Shown: positions 53,543 through 64,000 of the stretch, one piece after another | How the letters are laid out: the number at the start of each line of letters is the position of its first letter | Position numbering within the stretch: position 1 is the first letter of the stretch | Assembly: GCA_977862235.1 (NCBI GenBank) | Contig: OZ374563.1 | Location: 372,001-436,000 of the forward strand | DNA length: 64,000 nt | From: Dudresnaya verticillata | Taxonomy: Eukaryota | Direction of reading: 5' to 3' | Made by a program: the position numbers and the translations under genes | The notes under the pieces: model-generated | Told to the model about the DNA's origin: nothing | The model's database searches: none | What the model saw: the letters and a program-made list of their open reading frames with translations, nothing else

Positions 53543-54973
53543 ATGGCCGCCGCGCTTGTAGACGCCGCGATGGCCACCGACCAAATGCTTACCCCGCCCG
53601 TCGTGCTCGCCGCCGTCGATAAGCTTGCTGATGTCGCAGCAGTGTCTGCAGCAGAGATCCGCTTGTTTCTTAGTCTGCTCGTCGCGTACCCTATCGCTCT
53701 CACGTGGCGCGCCATGCCGCCCGGTCCGTCCGGCCTGTTTCGTCACATCTTCTCAGTTGTCGTCGGCTTCTGGCTATTGCAGTTCGTTAACGGCTACCAG
53801 TGGGTTCTTAATCTCGGCTCGTGTATGCTATGTTACTTCCTCATGCGTCTGCTGGGACCTAACAGCGCACGCATAGTGTCTTTCGTCGCTATGGCTATCC
53901 TCGCCGCGGGTCACCTGTACCGTCAGATTACGGACTACCTCGGCTGGACATTAGACTGGACTCTCATCGCCATGGTAACCACCCAGAAGGTCATGGGCCT
54001 TGCCTACAACGTTCAGGACGGTGCCAACCCGGATGCTACCGAGGAGCAAAAGTCTCGCTCCGTCAAGCGCCTGCCATCTGTCCTACACTTCCTCAGCTTC
54101 ATTTTGTTCCCGGCGAACGTCACCATCGGCCCTGCCTTCGAATATGCCGACTACCAAGCTTTTGCAGAGGGAAAGAAGGCTTCCCCACCCCCGTATCTTC
54201 CCGGCATCTGGCGCCTCGCCCAGGGCCTGTTTTTCTTTGTCGCGCATACTGGCATCGCCCTCAAATTCCCTTGTCAGCAGCTGCTCAGCGACAAGTCCTT
54301 TTTTGAAACCGGTACCTTCCTCAAGCGCTACGCCGCCATCTGGGTGGCCTTGCTGGGCGTGCGCTTTAAGTACTACTTTGGATGGAAGATTGCCGAGGGC
54401 TCGGCATGCATGTCCGGCCTAGGCTACAACGGTGTCGACAAGGCCACTGGCGCACACCGCTGGGATCGTGTTGAGAACATTAATGTATGGGGCTACGAGA
54501 CGTCACAGTCACTGCGTACATCATCGCAGAACTGGAACAAGACCACCAACTTGTGGTTGCGGCGGTATGTGTACGACCGGGCACCATCCTCTGTCAACTT
54601 GTACTTCACATACCTCGTGTCTGCATTCTGGCACGGGTTCTACCCTGGGTACTACATGTTCTTCCTCTCGGTGGCTGCAGCAACCGTCGTACATCGGCAA
54701 GTGCGTCGCACGATGCGCCCACGGTTCATGGCGGAGGATGGGAAGACTCCAGGCCCATACAAGCCGCTGTACGACCTGCTTTCTGCTGTGACAACTTCCG
54801 TGACGCTTAACTATTTCATCATGTCGTTCGTTATGCTTGCCTTTGATCAATCTGTTGCGGCATTCCGCGGGTTTGGCTTCTACGGGCACTTTGCATTGCT
54901 CGCTGCGCTCGTAGTCTTTAACTCAGGCCTCATCCGACGGCCGCAAAAGAAGCTTCCGGCCAAGACTGAATAG
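53543..54973 (+). CDS. MBOAT lysophospholipid acyltransferase (LPLAT/LPCAT, Ale1-like)
   Basis: KYYFGWKIAEG, WNKTTNLWLRRYVY, SAFWHGFYPGYY; multiple TM helices. Confidence 0.92.
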   Translation: MAAALVDAAMATDQMLTPPVVLAAVDKLADVAAVSAAEIRLFLSLLVAYPIALTWRAMPPGPSGLFRHIFSVVVGFWLLQFVNGYQWVLNLGSCMLCYFLMRLLGPNSARIVSFVAMAILAAGHLYRQITDYLGWTLDWTLIAMVTTQKVMGLAYNVQDGANPDATEEQKSRSVKRLPSVLHFLSFILFPANVTIGPAFEYADYQAFAEGKKASPPPYLPGIWRLAQGLFFFVAHTGIALKFPCQQLLSDKSFFETGTFLKRYAAIWVALLGVRFKYYFGWKIAEGSACMSGLGYNGVDKATGAHRWDRVENINVWGYETSQSLRTSSQNWNKTTNLWLRRYVYDRAPSSVNLYFTYLVSAFWHGFYPGYYMFFLSVAAATVVHRQVRRTMRPRFMAEDGKTPGPYKPLYDLLSAVTTSVTLNYFIMSFVMLAFDQSVAAFRGFGFYGHFALLAALVVFNSGLIRRPQKKLPAKTE

Positions 54974-55724
54974 AAGCCTTCCCAGCGCCATAATCGCTTG
55001 CCCATTTTGTTTTCTTTCGCCATGCCCTGACATGTTTCAATGTGGCTTTGCTCACCAGTTTTGCTGTTGCAGCTGTAAACAACTTGCTGCGATGTCATTC
55101 ATACTGCCGAGAATTGATGTGTTTAATGTAACTTAGAGCAGGAGTGTTCGACAGCCTCAGGGGAGTGCCTGTTTTGTTACAGCGTGTGCCTTCACCTACT
55201 GTGAGTGCAGACGTGTTACCCTTCGAGGTATTGCCAGCGGTTTGCCTGTGCTGGGTGTTTGAGAATGAGCGTGGAACAAGATTGAAAATGCAGTGGGCTG
55301 TGGGCTGGGAACTACAGTGTTAACCTCAGCAAATCCAAAGCCTTCAGGGCCCTGCGCGCCAGAGCGGATTGGAGCGCGATTTTTTGTCGAAGTAGGTGAT
55401 CACACCAGCAGACGCTTGGCTTGGGCAAAATTGGTTGGCTTCAAAACATCAAAACAATCTCGTCGGGTTCAAATGCGCTCGGGGCCTTTCCACCTACAGG
55501 AGCGGCTACATCCGAAGCTACATGCTCTGTTTCTCCAACAGAGAACGTCTCTGAAGAAGTGGGAAAGCCCTCAACTTCTCTCCCTGCTTATTTGCGGGGA
55601 GTAGTCACGGGAAGGAAGCTGCAACCTTACGGCCAGGGTGACGATAAGCTACGTAGGGTAGCCAGAAGTCGCCCGAGAAGCACAGAGCACGCACGGCGGT
55701 GCCCGGCACAGGCCAAGCGGAGCA

Positions 55725-56828
55725 ATGGACGAGAAACAGTACATCTTGCGCCTACCCGACCCGCTGGTAGAGCGGATGCGTTTCGCGCTAGCGAGTAACA
55801 AACGGCGCGACGCAGCGGGAGAGGATAAGAAGGCTAGCAGCTTCAACGTGGATTTCAAGGACGAGCGGAACGCGGTGTTCACTGTGGACGGTGCGGACTA
55901 CCCAGCCACAATGATGGACCTTCCGACCATCGTCGAAACCCACAAGACCGCGGACAGGCGCACCTTCTTCAAGAGCGGCGACTTGCACCAGGTCCTCGTT
56001 GTGCGTATGCCGGATGAGCCCCCGCCCGAAGGTGCACAGCTAAAGCATGGGCTCACGCCTGCTGCACAGGAAGCCGGAAAGCGCCTCCAGCAGCCGAAGA
56101 GACTCTTCTCCCCTTCGCAGGTCGAGTCTGTTGAGATGCGCGTTAAGATGGTTATCGACCATAAGATTAAGCTCGTACCGAAGAGCAATGCGCCGAAGAA
56201 GGACGGAGCGGAAGCGGGAGCTACGGCGCCAGCGGATGAGATGGAGGTTGTCATCGAGGAAGAGACGACTATTCCTGGAGGAAACACCACACAACCAGCG
56301 GAAAGCGGAGGGCAGCCACCCAAGCCAGACGCGCCGCCTTCGCAGCCAGCAGCCGGTGAACCAAGCCCGCCACCCACCGCTCGTCCAGCTATTCCGGCTA
56401 GTGTTCCAGCTGCAGCCCCTGCGCCCGTTGCTGCATCTCCATCGCCGTCTCCAGATGTTCACCCTTCGCCTATGCCGTCGGCTGCTACACCACTTCCCGC
56501 GGTCGCGACCCCATCGGCAGCGACACCTTTGCCAGAATCAGAGCCCATGGATGACGACGAACCGGATGAAGACGACATGTTCGCGGAGGAGATGGCTGGT
56601 GCGTTGATGGAAGGTAACGCGGAGGACCTCGCGCAGAAGCGTATCGAACGTGCCAATTTGAACAAGAAGATCCTGGAGCAGAAGGAAAAGATTACTCAGC
56701 TGGAAGCGAAGGCGGCAAAAGCTCCCAATGCTGTGCTCAGAATGCGTATTTTGAGCAAGCGTGGTGACTTGCAGGCATCTCTGAGTTCGCTCGAAAAGGA
56801 ACGTGCGGAACTTGGGGACAACTTCTAA
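55725..56828 (+). CDS. TAF7: TFIID subunit TAF7
   Basis: TAFII55 N-domain (QYILRLP...DLPTIVETHKT.D...FFKSGDLHQVL, HGLTP) and C-terminal coiled coil with NAVLRMR. Confidence 0.88.
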   Translation: MDEKQYILRLPDPLVERMRFALASNKRRDAAGEDKKASSFNVDFKDERNAVFTVDGADYPATMMDLPTIVETHKTADRRTFFKSGDLHQVLVVRMPDEPPPEGAQLKHGLTPAAQEAGKRLQQPKRLFSPSQVESVEMRVKMVIDHKIKLVPKSNAPKKDGAEAGATAPADEMEVVIEEETTIPGGNTTQPAESGGQPPKPDAPPSQPAAGEPSPPPTARPAIPASVPAAAPAPVAASPSPSPDVHPSPMPSAATPLPAVATPSAATPLPESEPMDDDEPDEDDMFAEEMAGALMEGNAEDLAQKRIERANLNKKILEQKEKITQLEAKAAKAPNAVLRMRILSKRGDLQASLSSLEKERAELGDNF

Positions 56829-57128
56829 CAGGGGGCAACGAAGTTTGTCCCCCTCAGGACCCCCCTCAGCACACTTTGTTCAGGCTCTCTATGACGCCGT
56901 ATGAAAAGTGAGTAGACGTTGATACTCACTGAAGAGTTGTTTCAAGCTACAGGCATTGAAGGCTAGTCATTCCTGCGCTCCTGAAGATACAGCAACCGAC
57001 TCCCTTTACAAGTTAATAGCTGACATACTGTACATACCTGTTCCCCTAGGTCAGCATTGACAGGAGCAGCCGAGAGGCTCTCCACCAAAACTCTAACTGC
57101 AAACGCCTCTGACCAAGTAAAATGGTTC

Positions 57129-57806
57129 TCAACTATCACCTTTGCTGAAATTTACACTGTAGCTGCCGGTGTTCGGGTCCTTCTCCATCTGCAGATCATC
57201 CAAGCTCATGCCGAAAGCGCCAAGGATGGAATTACCAATTCCCTTCAAGCTCTCAATGGCCTCCTCGCTGTCCTTCTTGGCCTGCTCATCAGCCATCCGC
57301 TCTAGCCGCATGATCTCTACGCGGGGTTCTTTGAGCTCTTTCGCGTCCTCGCTTGCACCGCGGTATTGCTTGAGCGCTATGCGGGCCTCCTTCCTCCGCT
57401 TCAGGGCCTTCACGTAGCCGGGCTTCAACTCGAGGGCCTTTGTGGTGTCATCAGCGGTCTGCTGGAAGCGCTGCAGCTTGAGGTGTGCCGCGGCGCGATT
57501 CGACAAGACGATGGCGCGTGTTTCGTCGTCAATGTGCGGGCTCTTCGCGGCCTCGGAATACTTTTCCACGGCGGCGTTGTAATCGCCGGCCTTGTACACG
57601 TCGTTTCCCTTCTTCTTGAGAGCCAGGGCGTCTTCTGCGGTTATGGAATCGTCAAAGTTTGACGTAGACTCTGTTGAGGCGGCTGGCGGGTCGCCGACTG
57701 AGGACGACGTGCCCGCAGCAGCTGGACTGTCGTCGCCGGATACGGTGGCGTGACCCATGCGAGCGGTCATGTAATCGAGCTCGGATTTCTCTTTTGCAGT
57801 GGCCAT
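57129..57806 (-). CDS. TTC1: Tetratricopeptide repeat protein 1-like
   Basis: Three TPRs (LKKKGNDVYK, SNRAAAHLKL, YVKALKRR) and C-terminal LKGIGNSILGAFGMSLDD...DPNTGSYSVNF. Confidence 0.85.
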   Translation of the reverse strand: MATAKEKSELDYMTARMGHATVSGDDSPAAAGTSSSVGDPPAASTESTSNFDDSITAEDALALKKKGNDVYKAGDYNAAVEKYSEAAKSPHIDDETRAIVLSNRAAAHLKLQRFQQTADDTTKALELKPGYVKALKRRKEARIALKQYRGASEDAKELKEPRVEIMRLERMADEQAKKDSEEAIESLKGIGNSILGAFGMSLDDLQMEKDPNTGSYSVNFSKGDS

Positions 57807-58593
57807 TGCTCGTGCAATTGCAATCGGTGTTTCTTGGGGCTGCGAAGGACTGGTGCGACGGGGTCGTCGGCGGTGACGTCAGAGGGAGGAACCGACGCGG
57901 TCCTTTCCTTTTGGAACCGCAAAGCTACGGGTGTTGGAAAGGGAGATCGCTGGCAACGTGTCAAAATGTTATTGGGTGTGAATCGTATTCTGACTCGGCC
58001 TGTCCCGATTTGGAGAACAAGAAGGATCTTCGACCTTCTGATGATCGTCCGAACGACTAAAAGTCTTTTCTGAACAGCTGAGTTGCTCTCTTTCAAAAGA
58101 GTTGTTTACCTAAGAGGTCTACAACGCTTGCTTCCTTCGAGCGTTTTGTGTACCGGGACAGGAAATGGACTAAAGGAATCAGCTTTTCACCTTCGAAAAC
58201 CGTTCTTGCTGGGCTTCTTTGCACGTGTGCATCGCTCCTGGGAGTGGATAGCCACTGGTCATTCGACCAAGGGACGCCTTCGGTAGCAGGGCGGCATCTG
58301 CAACGACAATTGCGGAAAAAGTTTACTTTATACTCTACGTACCAAAATCCCGAAACCACCTTAGGACCACGACCCGCATTACGGAGCAGTAGTGTCCAAA
58401 TTTCGATCTTCGCCTTCAAACTCCAGTCAAACCCTCATGGGAACATATTGTCAGAGCTGTTACCTCCCTCGGCAATGTATCGGAGGACTGCGCAACATAC
58501 GCCAGTGGCTCAAGTACACACAAAACGCCCAGTTACCTCCACTCAGCAGCCTCAAATGCCAGCAGCGCTCTTTCCATCATTGTACAAACATCC

Positions 58594-59607
58594 TCACTTG
58601 TAAAGCGTGGACAAGTAGTCCAAAATCCCCGTCTGCTTCTGTGGTGTTCGAACAATATTCGGTGTAGCACCCGAATTCCCCTGGTCCCTCCTTAGCATGC
58701 TTGCGGGTGTCCTAAGAGCCGACTGCGCGGGCGCAGGACTTCTCATCGCCGACTTGGCGTAAGGCGAAGCCGCGGACGGCGACGCCAGCAAAATGCCCTT
58801 CTCAATCTGCTCATCCGCCTCTCTCGCCACCTGCGGCTCTGTGCACGGCACGGTCCCCACCATGGTCTCGGTCCCAGCCAGGACGCGCCACGGCTTGTAC
58901 AATGCCACCTGCGCCTGCAGCTCGGTGCGGTACAAAATGTGCACCCAGTTGCCCTTCCCGGGCACCGTGCGCACGATCTCCCCATGCCGACGGAACTCGC
59001 GCAGCACCTGCGATTCCATTGCCACGGAGAACCCGAACACCGTTACCCATCGCTCCAGCCCCGGCGCGGCCGGAGACGCGCCGACCGGCGTGCGCAGCGC
59101 GAACGACGCGGGCGTACCCGTCATTGGAGACGCGCCCGACGCAGCGGGCGTGGCAGGCGAGCGTAGCATCAGCACCGACGGCGCGCCGGAGTCCAGCAGT
59201 GACTTGTTGGGCGGCATGCGCGACGGCGGCAGCCGCTGCGAGGCTGGCGACGGCTTGCGCAGCTGCCCCGTGTGGAACCCGGACGGCGTCTCTGCTGCAG
59301 GGGTCGTGGTTGGAGTGCCGTGCCCATCGGCAGAGGCGAGACGGTCGTTGAAAGCGACGTGGTGTCCTTGACGCCGCGTAGCGTTTAGCCACGGCGGTGT
59401 TGTGAGCGCTTCGGCTTGAGAAGGAGTCCCAGCGAGTCGCGATTGTCCGCCTGGGGTGTACGCACCGCCGTCTTGGAAGAGACCATGGCCTGATGGCGTC
59501 CGCGGCGTGTGCGAGGTGGGGTGCGGGGAGAGCATGTAGCTCGGGGGGCGCTCGCGTGGGGCACCGTCAGCGCTTCCGCCGGGGTGGCCCGCTGGAGAGG
59601 AAAGCAT
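58594..59607 (-). CDS. NUP35: Nucleoporin Nup35/Nup53
   Basis: Ser/Thr/Pro-rich N-terminus with PP.KSL. RRM WVTVFGF...VLREF..HG.I...GNWVHILY. C-terminal amphipathic tail. Confidence 0.82.
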   Translation of the reverse strand: MLSSPAGHPGGSADGAPRERPPSYMLSPHPTSHTPRTPSGHGLFQDGGAYTPGGQSRLAGTPSQAEALTTPPWLNATRRQGHHVAFNDRLASADGHGTPTTTPAAETPSGFHTGQLRKPSPASQRLPPSRMPPNKSLLDSGAPSVLMLRSPATPAASGASPMTGTPASFALRTPVGASPAAPGLERWVTVFGFSVAMESQVLREFRRHGEIVRTVPGKGNWVHILYRTELQAQVALYKPWRVLAGTETMVGTVPCTEPQVAREADEQIEKGILLASPSAASPYAKSAMRSPAPAQSALRTPASMLRRDQGNSGATPNIVRTPQKQTGILDYLSTLYK

Positions 59608-60111
59608 GTGGCAGTGGCAGAGGAGTAGAGAAGGACTGTGACAGTGAGACGAGCGAGGGCGGGCGTCGAGGGAAGGTGAAGAGAGCGGGTCTTGGTGAAA
59701 TGGTGGGTGGGATGCCCGGCGTACGTGCTGCGCCCCCGGCGCCTACGGTAACATGTTATCTAACTTCATTTTCCGTCGAGAAACGGCAGCCGGCTCTTGC
59801 GCCGAGAACCCAAAAAACCCGTAATCGGCGGGAATCCCGGCATTTCAAACACCACTGGCCTCACGATGATCCTCCGTTCGAGTTGCCAACGGATCGTTTT
59901 GAAGTTGACCTCTGCTTCTCCTGACCGGCATAGGCTCAGAAACATTACCGTCACAAGCTTCCTCAGAACTTGCTCTCGCATAGAGTGACATGGAGTAGCC
60001 CTCAGATATGAGCCCGCGCATGCGCAGCTTTTCACGTGCCCGTGCTGTTCTAGACAAAACACGAGCACGGCACTGCTCATTACCAAACCAGCCATCTCAG
60101 CGAGTACAACA

Positions 60112-61026
60112 CTAAGCTCGCACGCCTGCCCGGGGTCTCGCAATAACCCATTTGACAGTCTGTGCAGCGCCGAGTGCAGCCCCAACCACAACTTCTACAG
60201 CGCTGGAAAGGCGCGTTGTAGTCCCAGTGGGGTGTGGGAAGAACTGAAGACCTTTCCGGAACAGTTTGCTTGCTTCGTACAAAATCCCGGTCATGACCGC
60301 CATTGTGTGTGCGGGGTACGACAACTGCATCCTGATCAGGTTCCACTTGCTCCACACAAGGCGTCGCGCATCCAGCCCAGCAGAGAAGAAGCCCTGCTCT
60401 TGCTGCTGAAGCTCTATCCGCACCGCGACGCGCTCGTGTGGTACGCCGATGAGCCAGTCATACCGCACGCCGGGGATGTCCATGAACGGCGACACGTGGA
60501 ACGCTTTGTCGTGTGACGAGAACCTCCGCAGCGCGTCTCTCTTCCAGTCTGTTGTGTCGCTCTCCGTGGGCGTTACGACGTAGCTGTGCTGTTCGAACCA
60601 TGGGAAGTTGCTCACCTCCGCTACAACGGCTTCTAGTACTTCTCCGCGCTCGTCGAAGACATAGTAGAAGCTGACAGGGTTGAACTCCACTCCGCAGACG
60701 CGCAAGTTTGTTAGCAGCCGTATCGCGCCCGCAGGTCGCTTCCCCGTTTCGCGTTCGATGACGTCGCGTACTCGTGTTTGTAGGTCCTTCTCCGCAGGCT
60801 CGTTGAACAGGTGGTCTCGGGAGAGCAGGGAGAGCAGGGCGAACGGTGTGCGTGTGGAGAACAGTGGCCAACAGTCCAGCCTTCCAGATTGAGCTTCGTC
60901 TAGGTCGATGTAACCCATGTAGACTCGATAGGTGAAGCGATTGGCAGTCGGAGTGCGCCGCGAGTGTGTCGTTGAGCCTTCATAGATCGCAGAATGCATT
61001 GGCGGTGGCACTGCGGTCGTCGGCAT
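60112..61026 (-). CDS. DUF1365-family protein
   Basis: SAIYEG...H.R..P..N.F.Y, LLTNLR..G..FNPVSFYY, AEVSN.PW.E.H.Y, KAFHVSPFM. Confidence 0.9.
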   Translation of the reverse strand: MPTTAVPPPMHSAIYEGSTTHSRRTPTANRFTYRVYMGYIDLDEAQSGRLDCWPLFSTRTPFALLSLLSRDHLFNEPAEKDLQTRVRDVIERETGKRPAGAIRLLTNLRVCGVEFNPVSFYYVFDERGEVLEAVVAEVSNFPWFEQHSYVVTPTESDTTDWKRDALRRFSSHDKAFHVSPFMDIPGVRYDWLIGVPHERVAVRIELQQQEQGFFSAGLDARRLVWSKWNLIRMQLSYPAHTMAVMTGILYEASKLFRKGLQFFPHPTGTTTRLSSAVEVVVGAALGAAQTVKWVIARPRAGVRA

Positions 61027-61581
61027 CTTCAGTGACCACCGTGCAGGCTTTGAGAGTTTGTAACCGTCTTGCAGATGTGTTGGCGAGTATCCCTATCCTT
61101 TCTCGGTCAGAGAGCTGTGGATCAGTCAGCACAAGTCGCCCAACTTATCTTGCTCTCGTTGAGGGGCACCTTAACTCGTATCACTCAAAGACCTGACAAT
61201 TCATGCGGGAAAATGTGTCTGCAGTACTGACGAGCAGTGCACAGCGGGGGTTCTTCCGGCGGAGTCTGCGAGTAATGGCACGAAGGCTCGCTTAGAGTGG
61301 CAGGTGGATTCTCTTCTCTAGTTCTGGCGATAGTAGGTTTGGAGAGTGTGTTCGCCGCAGATATTCACGTCCTGCAATCAAGCACTGCATGGAGCTGAAT
61401 TATTGTGCTCTTTTCATAGGCGGGCCCAATGTGGCAGGGAGCTTGACCTCACCTGGCTTGCGCATCATCAGTGGCACCGAAGGCGATACGAGAACCATCC
61501 CAGCGCAGCATTTCTGCCCCCTGTCGTCGTCTTCGTCGGATCCGCCACACCACCCTGGTGCCAGTTTCGACTGTACTAAGC

Positions 61582-62934
61582 ATGACTGAAACGGAGCCAA
61601 TGCCGACGAGCATTGAAGAGGTGGCAAAACAAGCCCGCGCCGCTTCGCGGGCGATGCTGTCGGTGTCCAGTGAAGAGAAAGATGCTGCTCTCGCAGCGAT
61701 GCACGACTACCTCGCGAGAGCCAAAGACACCATCCTATCTGCCAACAGAGAAGACAAGGACGCTGCGCAACAGCGTCTCGCGGATGGGCGAATCTCCGCC
61801 TCCCTGTTCAAACGTCTTGAGCTGGGCGGTAAAAAGTTTGACGGGCTGCTGACTGGCATCCAGTCTGTCCGCAGCTTACCAGACCCGGTGGGCGCCTGCT
61901 CTCTCTCACGGGAGATAGATTCTGGTTTGCAGTTGTACCGCGTCGCTTGCCCTATCGGCGTCATTTGCGTCATTTTCGAAGCGCGCCCGGAAGCCGCTGT
62001 CCAGATCGCGTCTTTGGCAGTGAAGTCTGCAAACGCTGTTATTCTAAAGGGTGGACGTGAAGCCGAGAAGTCAAATGCCGCGCTCGTTGATTGCATCCGG
62101 GCTGCTTTGCACTCCGCTTCTTTTCCAGTTGATGTAGTGCAACTCGTTTCAACACGGGAGGAAGTCCGTGAACTACTCGACCAGAGTAAGTACATTGACC
62201 TCATCATTCCTCGAGGCTCGAATGACCTCGTGAAGTACATTTCGAACAACACTCGTATACCGGTGATGGGTCACGCAGACGGGATATGCTCTGTATACGT
62301 TGATGCATCTGCTGACGCGGAGAAGGCACGGGACATCGTCGTCGATGCAAAGGCGCAGTACCCTGCAGTCTGCAATGCCGCAGAAACGATGTTGATTCAT
62401 CAGAGCGCCTTAGAGACGGTGCTTCCGACGATTGGAGCCGGGCTGGCGGCTGCAAATGTTGAAGTCCGCGCTGATCCTCCTTCGAAGGCTGTATTGGAGA
62501 AGGTGGAACAGCTCAAGGTCGTCGACTCTAAACCAAAAGACTATGATACAGAGTTCTTGGAACTGACCATTGCCGTCAAAGTCGTAGATTCCATCGACAA
62601 AGCGATCCTACACATTAATGAGCACGGGAGCGGGCACACTGACTGCATCGTAACAGAAAGTGAAGAGGACGCGAAACGTTTTCTGGCAATGGTTGACTCC
62701 GCAGGAGTGTATCACAACGCTTCCACAAGGTTTGCAGACGGTTTCAGATATGGATTTGGAGCTGAGGTCGGGGTGAGCACGCACCGAACGCATGCTCGTG
62801 GACCTGTTGGTCTGGAAGGGTTGATGATCTACAAGTATAAACTGCTTGGACAAGGGCATACCGTCAAGCCATATGCTGACGGAGAAAAGACCTTGAAGCA
62901 TAGAGATACCCCATCAAATCTCCCAACGGTGTGA
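61582..62934 (+). CDS. proA: Gamma-glutamyl phosphate reductase
   Basis: PIGVICVIFEARP, ILKGGREA, IIPRGS, VCNAAET, HINEHGSGHTD, NASTRFADG, ARGPVGLEGL. Confidence 0.95.
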   Translation: MTETEPMPTSIEEVAKQARAASRAMLSVSSEEKDAALAAMHDYLARAKDTILSANREDKDAAQQRLADGRISASLFKRLELGGKKFDGLLTGIQSVRSLPDPVGACSLSREIDSGLQLYRVACPIGVICVIFEARPEAAVQIASLAVKSANAVILKGGREAEKSNAALVDCIRAALHSASFPVDVVQLVSTREEVRELLDQSKYIDLIIPRGSNDLVKYISNNTRIPVMGHADGICSVYVDASADAEKARDIVVDAKAQYPAVCNAAETMLIHQSALETVLPTIGAGLAAANVEVRADPPSKAVLEKVEQLKVVDSKPKDYDTEFLELTIAVKVVDSIDKAILHINEHGSGHTDCIVTESEEDAKRFLAMVDSAGVYHNASTRFADGFRYGFGAEVGVSTHRTHARGPVGLEGLMIYKYKLLGQGHTVKPYADGEKTLKHRDTPSNLPTV

Positions 62935-63459
62935 GCAGGCCTGGCTTGAATTGCAAAGAAAACTCTCTCTCTCACTCCCTCTCCTGGACCTGTGAACAAT
63001 GCTCTGCGACCAGCTCGAGGCGTGGTAACACCGAGAAACTCAGATCTATCGCGGTACATCTAGGTTTCTAGAAATCCAGCAGTTGACAGTGATAAACTCA
63101 TAGCCCCAGGCTCAACTTTGCCAGTTGCACCAAGTTAGGCGCTTCGCCCGCAGATGAAAGGAGCCGGACGAAGCAAAGCACTTAAAAACAAGCACACATA
63201 TTCGCAAGTGCGGTTGTATCTAAACAGTTACCAAAAGGTGAGGAAAAAACTCTTTTAGGCGGAACACTGCCGTGGATGCGTTGTCGCTGCTCATCCGTAA
63301 ATAAACTAGGACAGATGCTCGCAGTGTTATGGACGAGCAGGACGGGAGGCGGATTCGAGGTGGCACAGCAAGCGACGGCGCCTATTATGATGGCAGATGC
63401 AAAAGGTCAAAAAGCGGGAAGCCCACAAGAAAAAGAAATGCCCAAAAGCGCTGTCGAGA

Positions 63460-64000
63460 CTACACCATACCCATGGTACCGCCGACAATTTCGGAAATCT
63501 CTTGAGTGATAGCGGCCTGCCTTCCTCTATTGTAAGTAAGACTGAGATCCTTGCTAAGCTCTTTTGCGTTGTCCGAAGCGTTGGACATGGCGGACATACG
63601 GGCGGCTAGCTCTGAAGCTACCGACTCCTGCAAAGTACGGAGAATCTGTCCGTTCAAGTAAAGTGGGAGAATTGCGTTAAGGATCTGCAAGGGGTCCTGC
63701 TCGAAGATCATGTCCTTCGGGAAGGTCTCGGCCTCAGCAGCCTCGACCTGCTCGACCTTGACACCAAGCTTGCCATCCGCAGTGGTGAGCTGGAAGATTT
63801 CGTCCTCCGGAGCCTCCAGACCTTGCGGGGAGAGCGGGAGAATGGTGCGGACAGAGGCCTCAGACGCGATGAGCGACACAAACTGGGTGTAGATCAGTTC
63901 GATGCGATCGACATCGCCAGAGAGGTACTCGGCAAGAAGCTCCTCAGAAATGCTAGTGGCCTGCCCGGCGGTCGGAGCCTGGGTGCATTGGAAGTGGCGG
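63460..64000 (-). CDS. atpC: Plastid ATP synthase gamma subunit, 3' part (5' end outside the window)
   Basis: [43 protein letters not shown]...YNR.RQA.ITQEI. Has the cyanobacterial/plastid insert EDEIFQLTT but not the green-lineage regulatory Cys pair. Confidence 0.95.
   Translation of the reverse strand, partial: RHFQCTQAPTAGQATSISEELLAEYLSGDVDRIELIYTQFVSLIASEASVRTILPLSPQGLEAPEDEIFQLTTADGKLGVKVEQVEAAEAETFPKDMIFEQDPLQILNAILPLYLNGQILRTLQESVASELAARMSAMSNASDNAKELSKDLSLTYNRGRQAAITQEISEIVGGTMGMV

Noticed and set aside
1..64000. tRNA, rRNA, snRNA or ribozyme genes
   Set aside because: None recognised by eye. A tRNAscan-SE or Infernal/Rfam search would be needed to exclude them.

Overview
Eukaryotic nuclear DNA, almost certainly from a red alga, probably a florideophyte seaweed. 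Evidence: nearly intronless GC-rich genes, nuclear plastid-targeted CpeZ, DUF1818 and AtpC, and one short GT-AG intron with a CTGAC branch site. The left ~35 kb is accessory. It holds the 5' end of an LTR retroelement whose ~1 kb terminal repeat is itself a long palindrome and whose gag ends at a GGATTTT + hairpin -1 frameshift signal; a lipoxygenase; a complete but mutated chromodomain Ty3/Gypsy element; a head-to-head pair of homologous unknown membrane proteins; a tail-to-tail pair of Sel1-repeat/coiled-coil/EF-hand proteins; a TAF1A-like gene; an ABCG transporter; and two Hedgehog-type Hint genes (a third lies at 46 kb). The right ~28 kb is mostly housekeeping: CpeZ, a PPR-like protein, DUF1818, EVE/THYN1, two ZIP transporters, mitochondrial RF1, mitochondrial Hsp70, an MBOAT LPLAT, TAF7, TTC1, Nup35, DUF1365, ProA and partial AtpC. 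Best candidates for undescribed biology: (i) the palindromic-LTR retroelement with no tRNA primer site, (ii) the secreted peptide-Hint precursor family, (iii) the paired Sel1-repeat receptor-like proteins and the adjacent membrane-protein pair. All family calls come from motifs recognised by eye; no searches were run.
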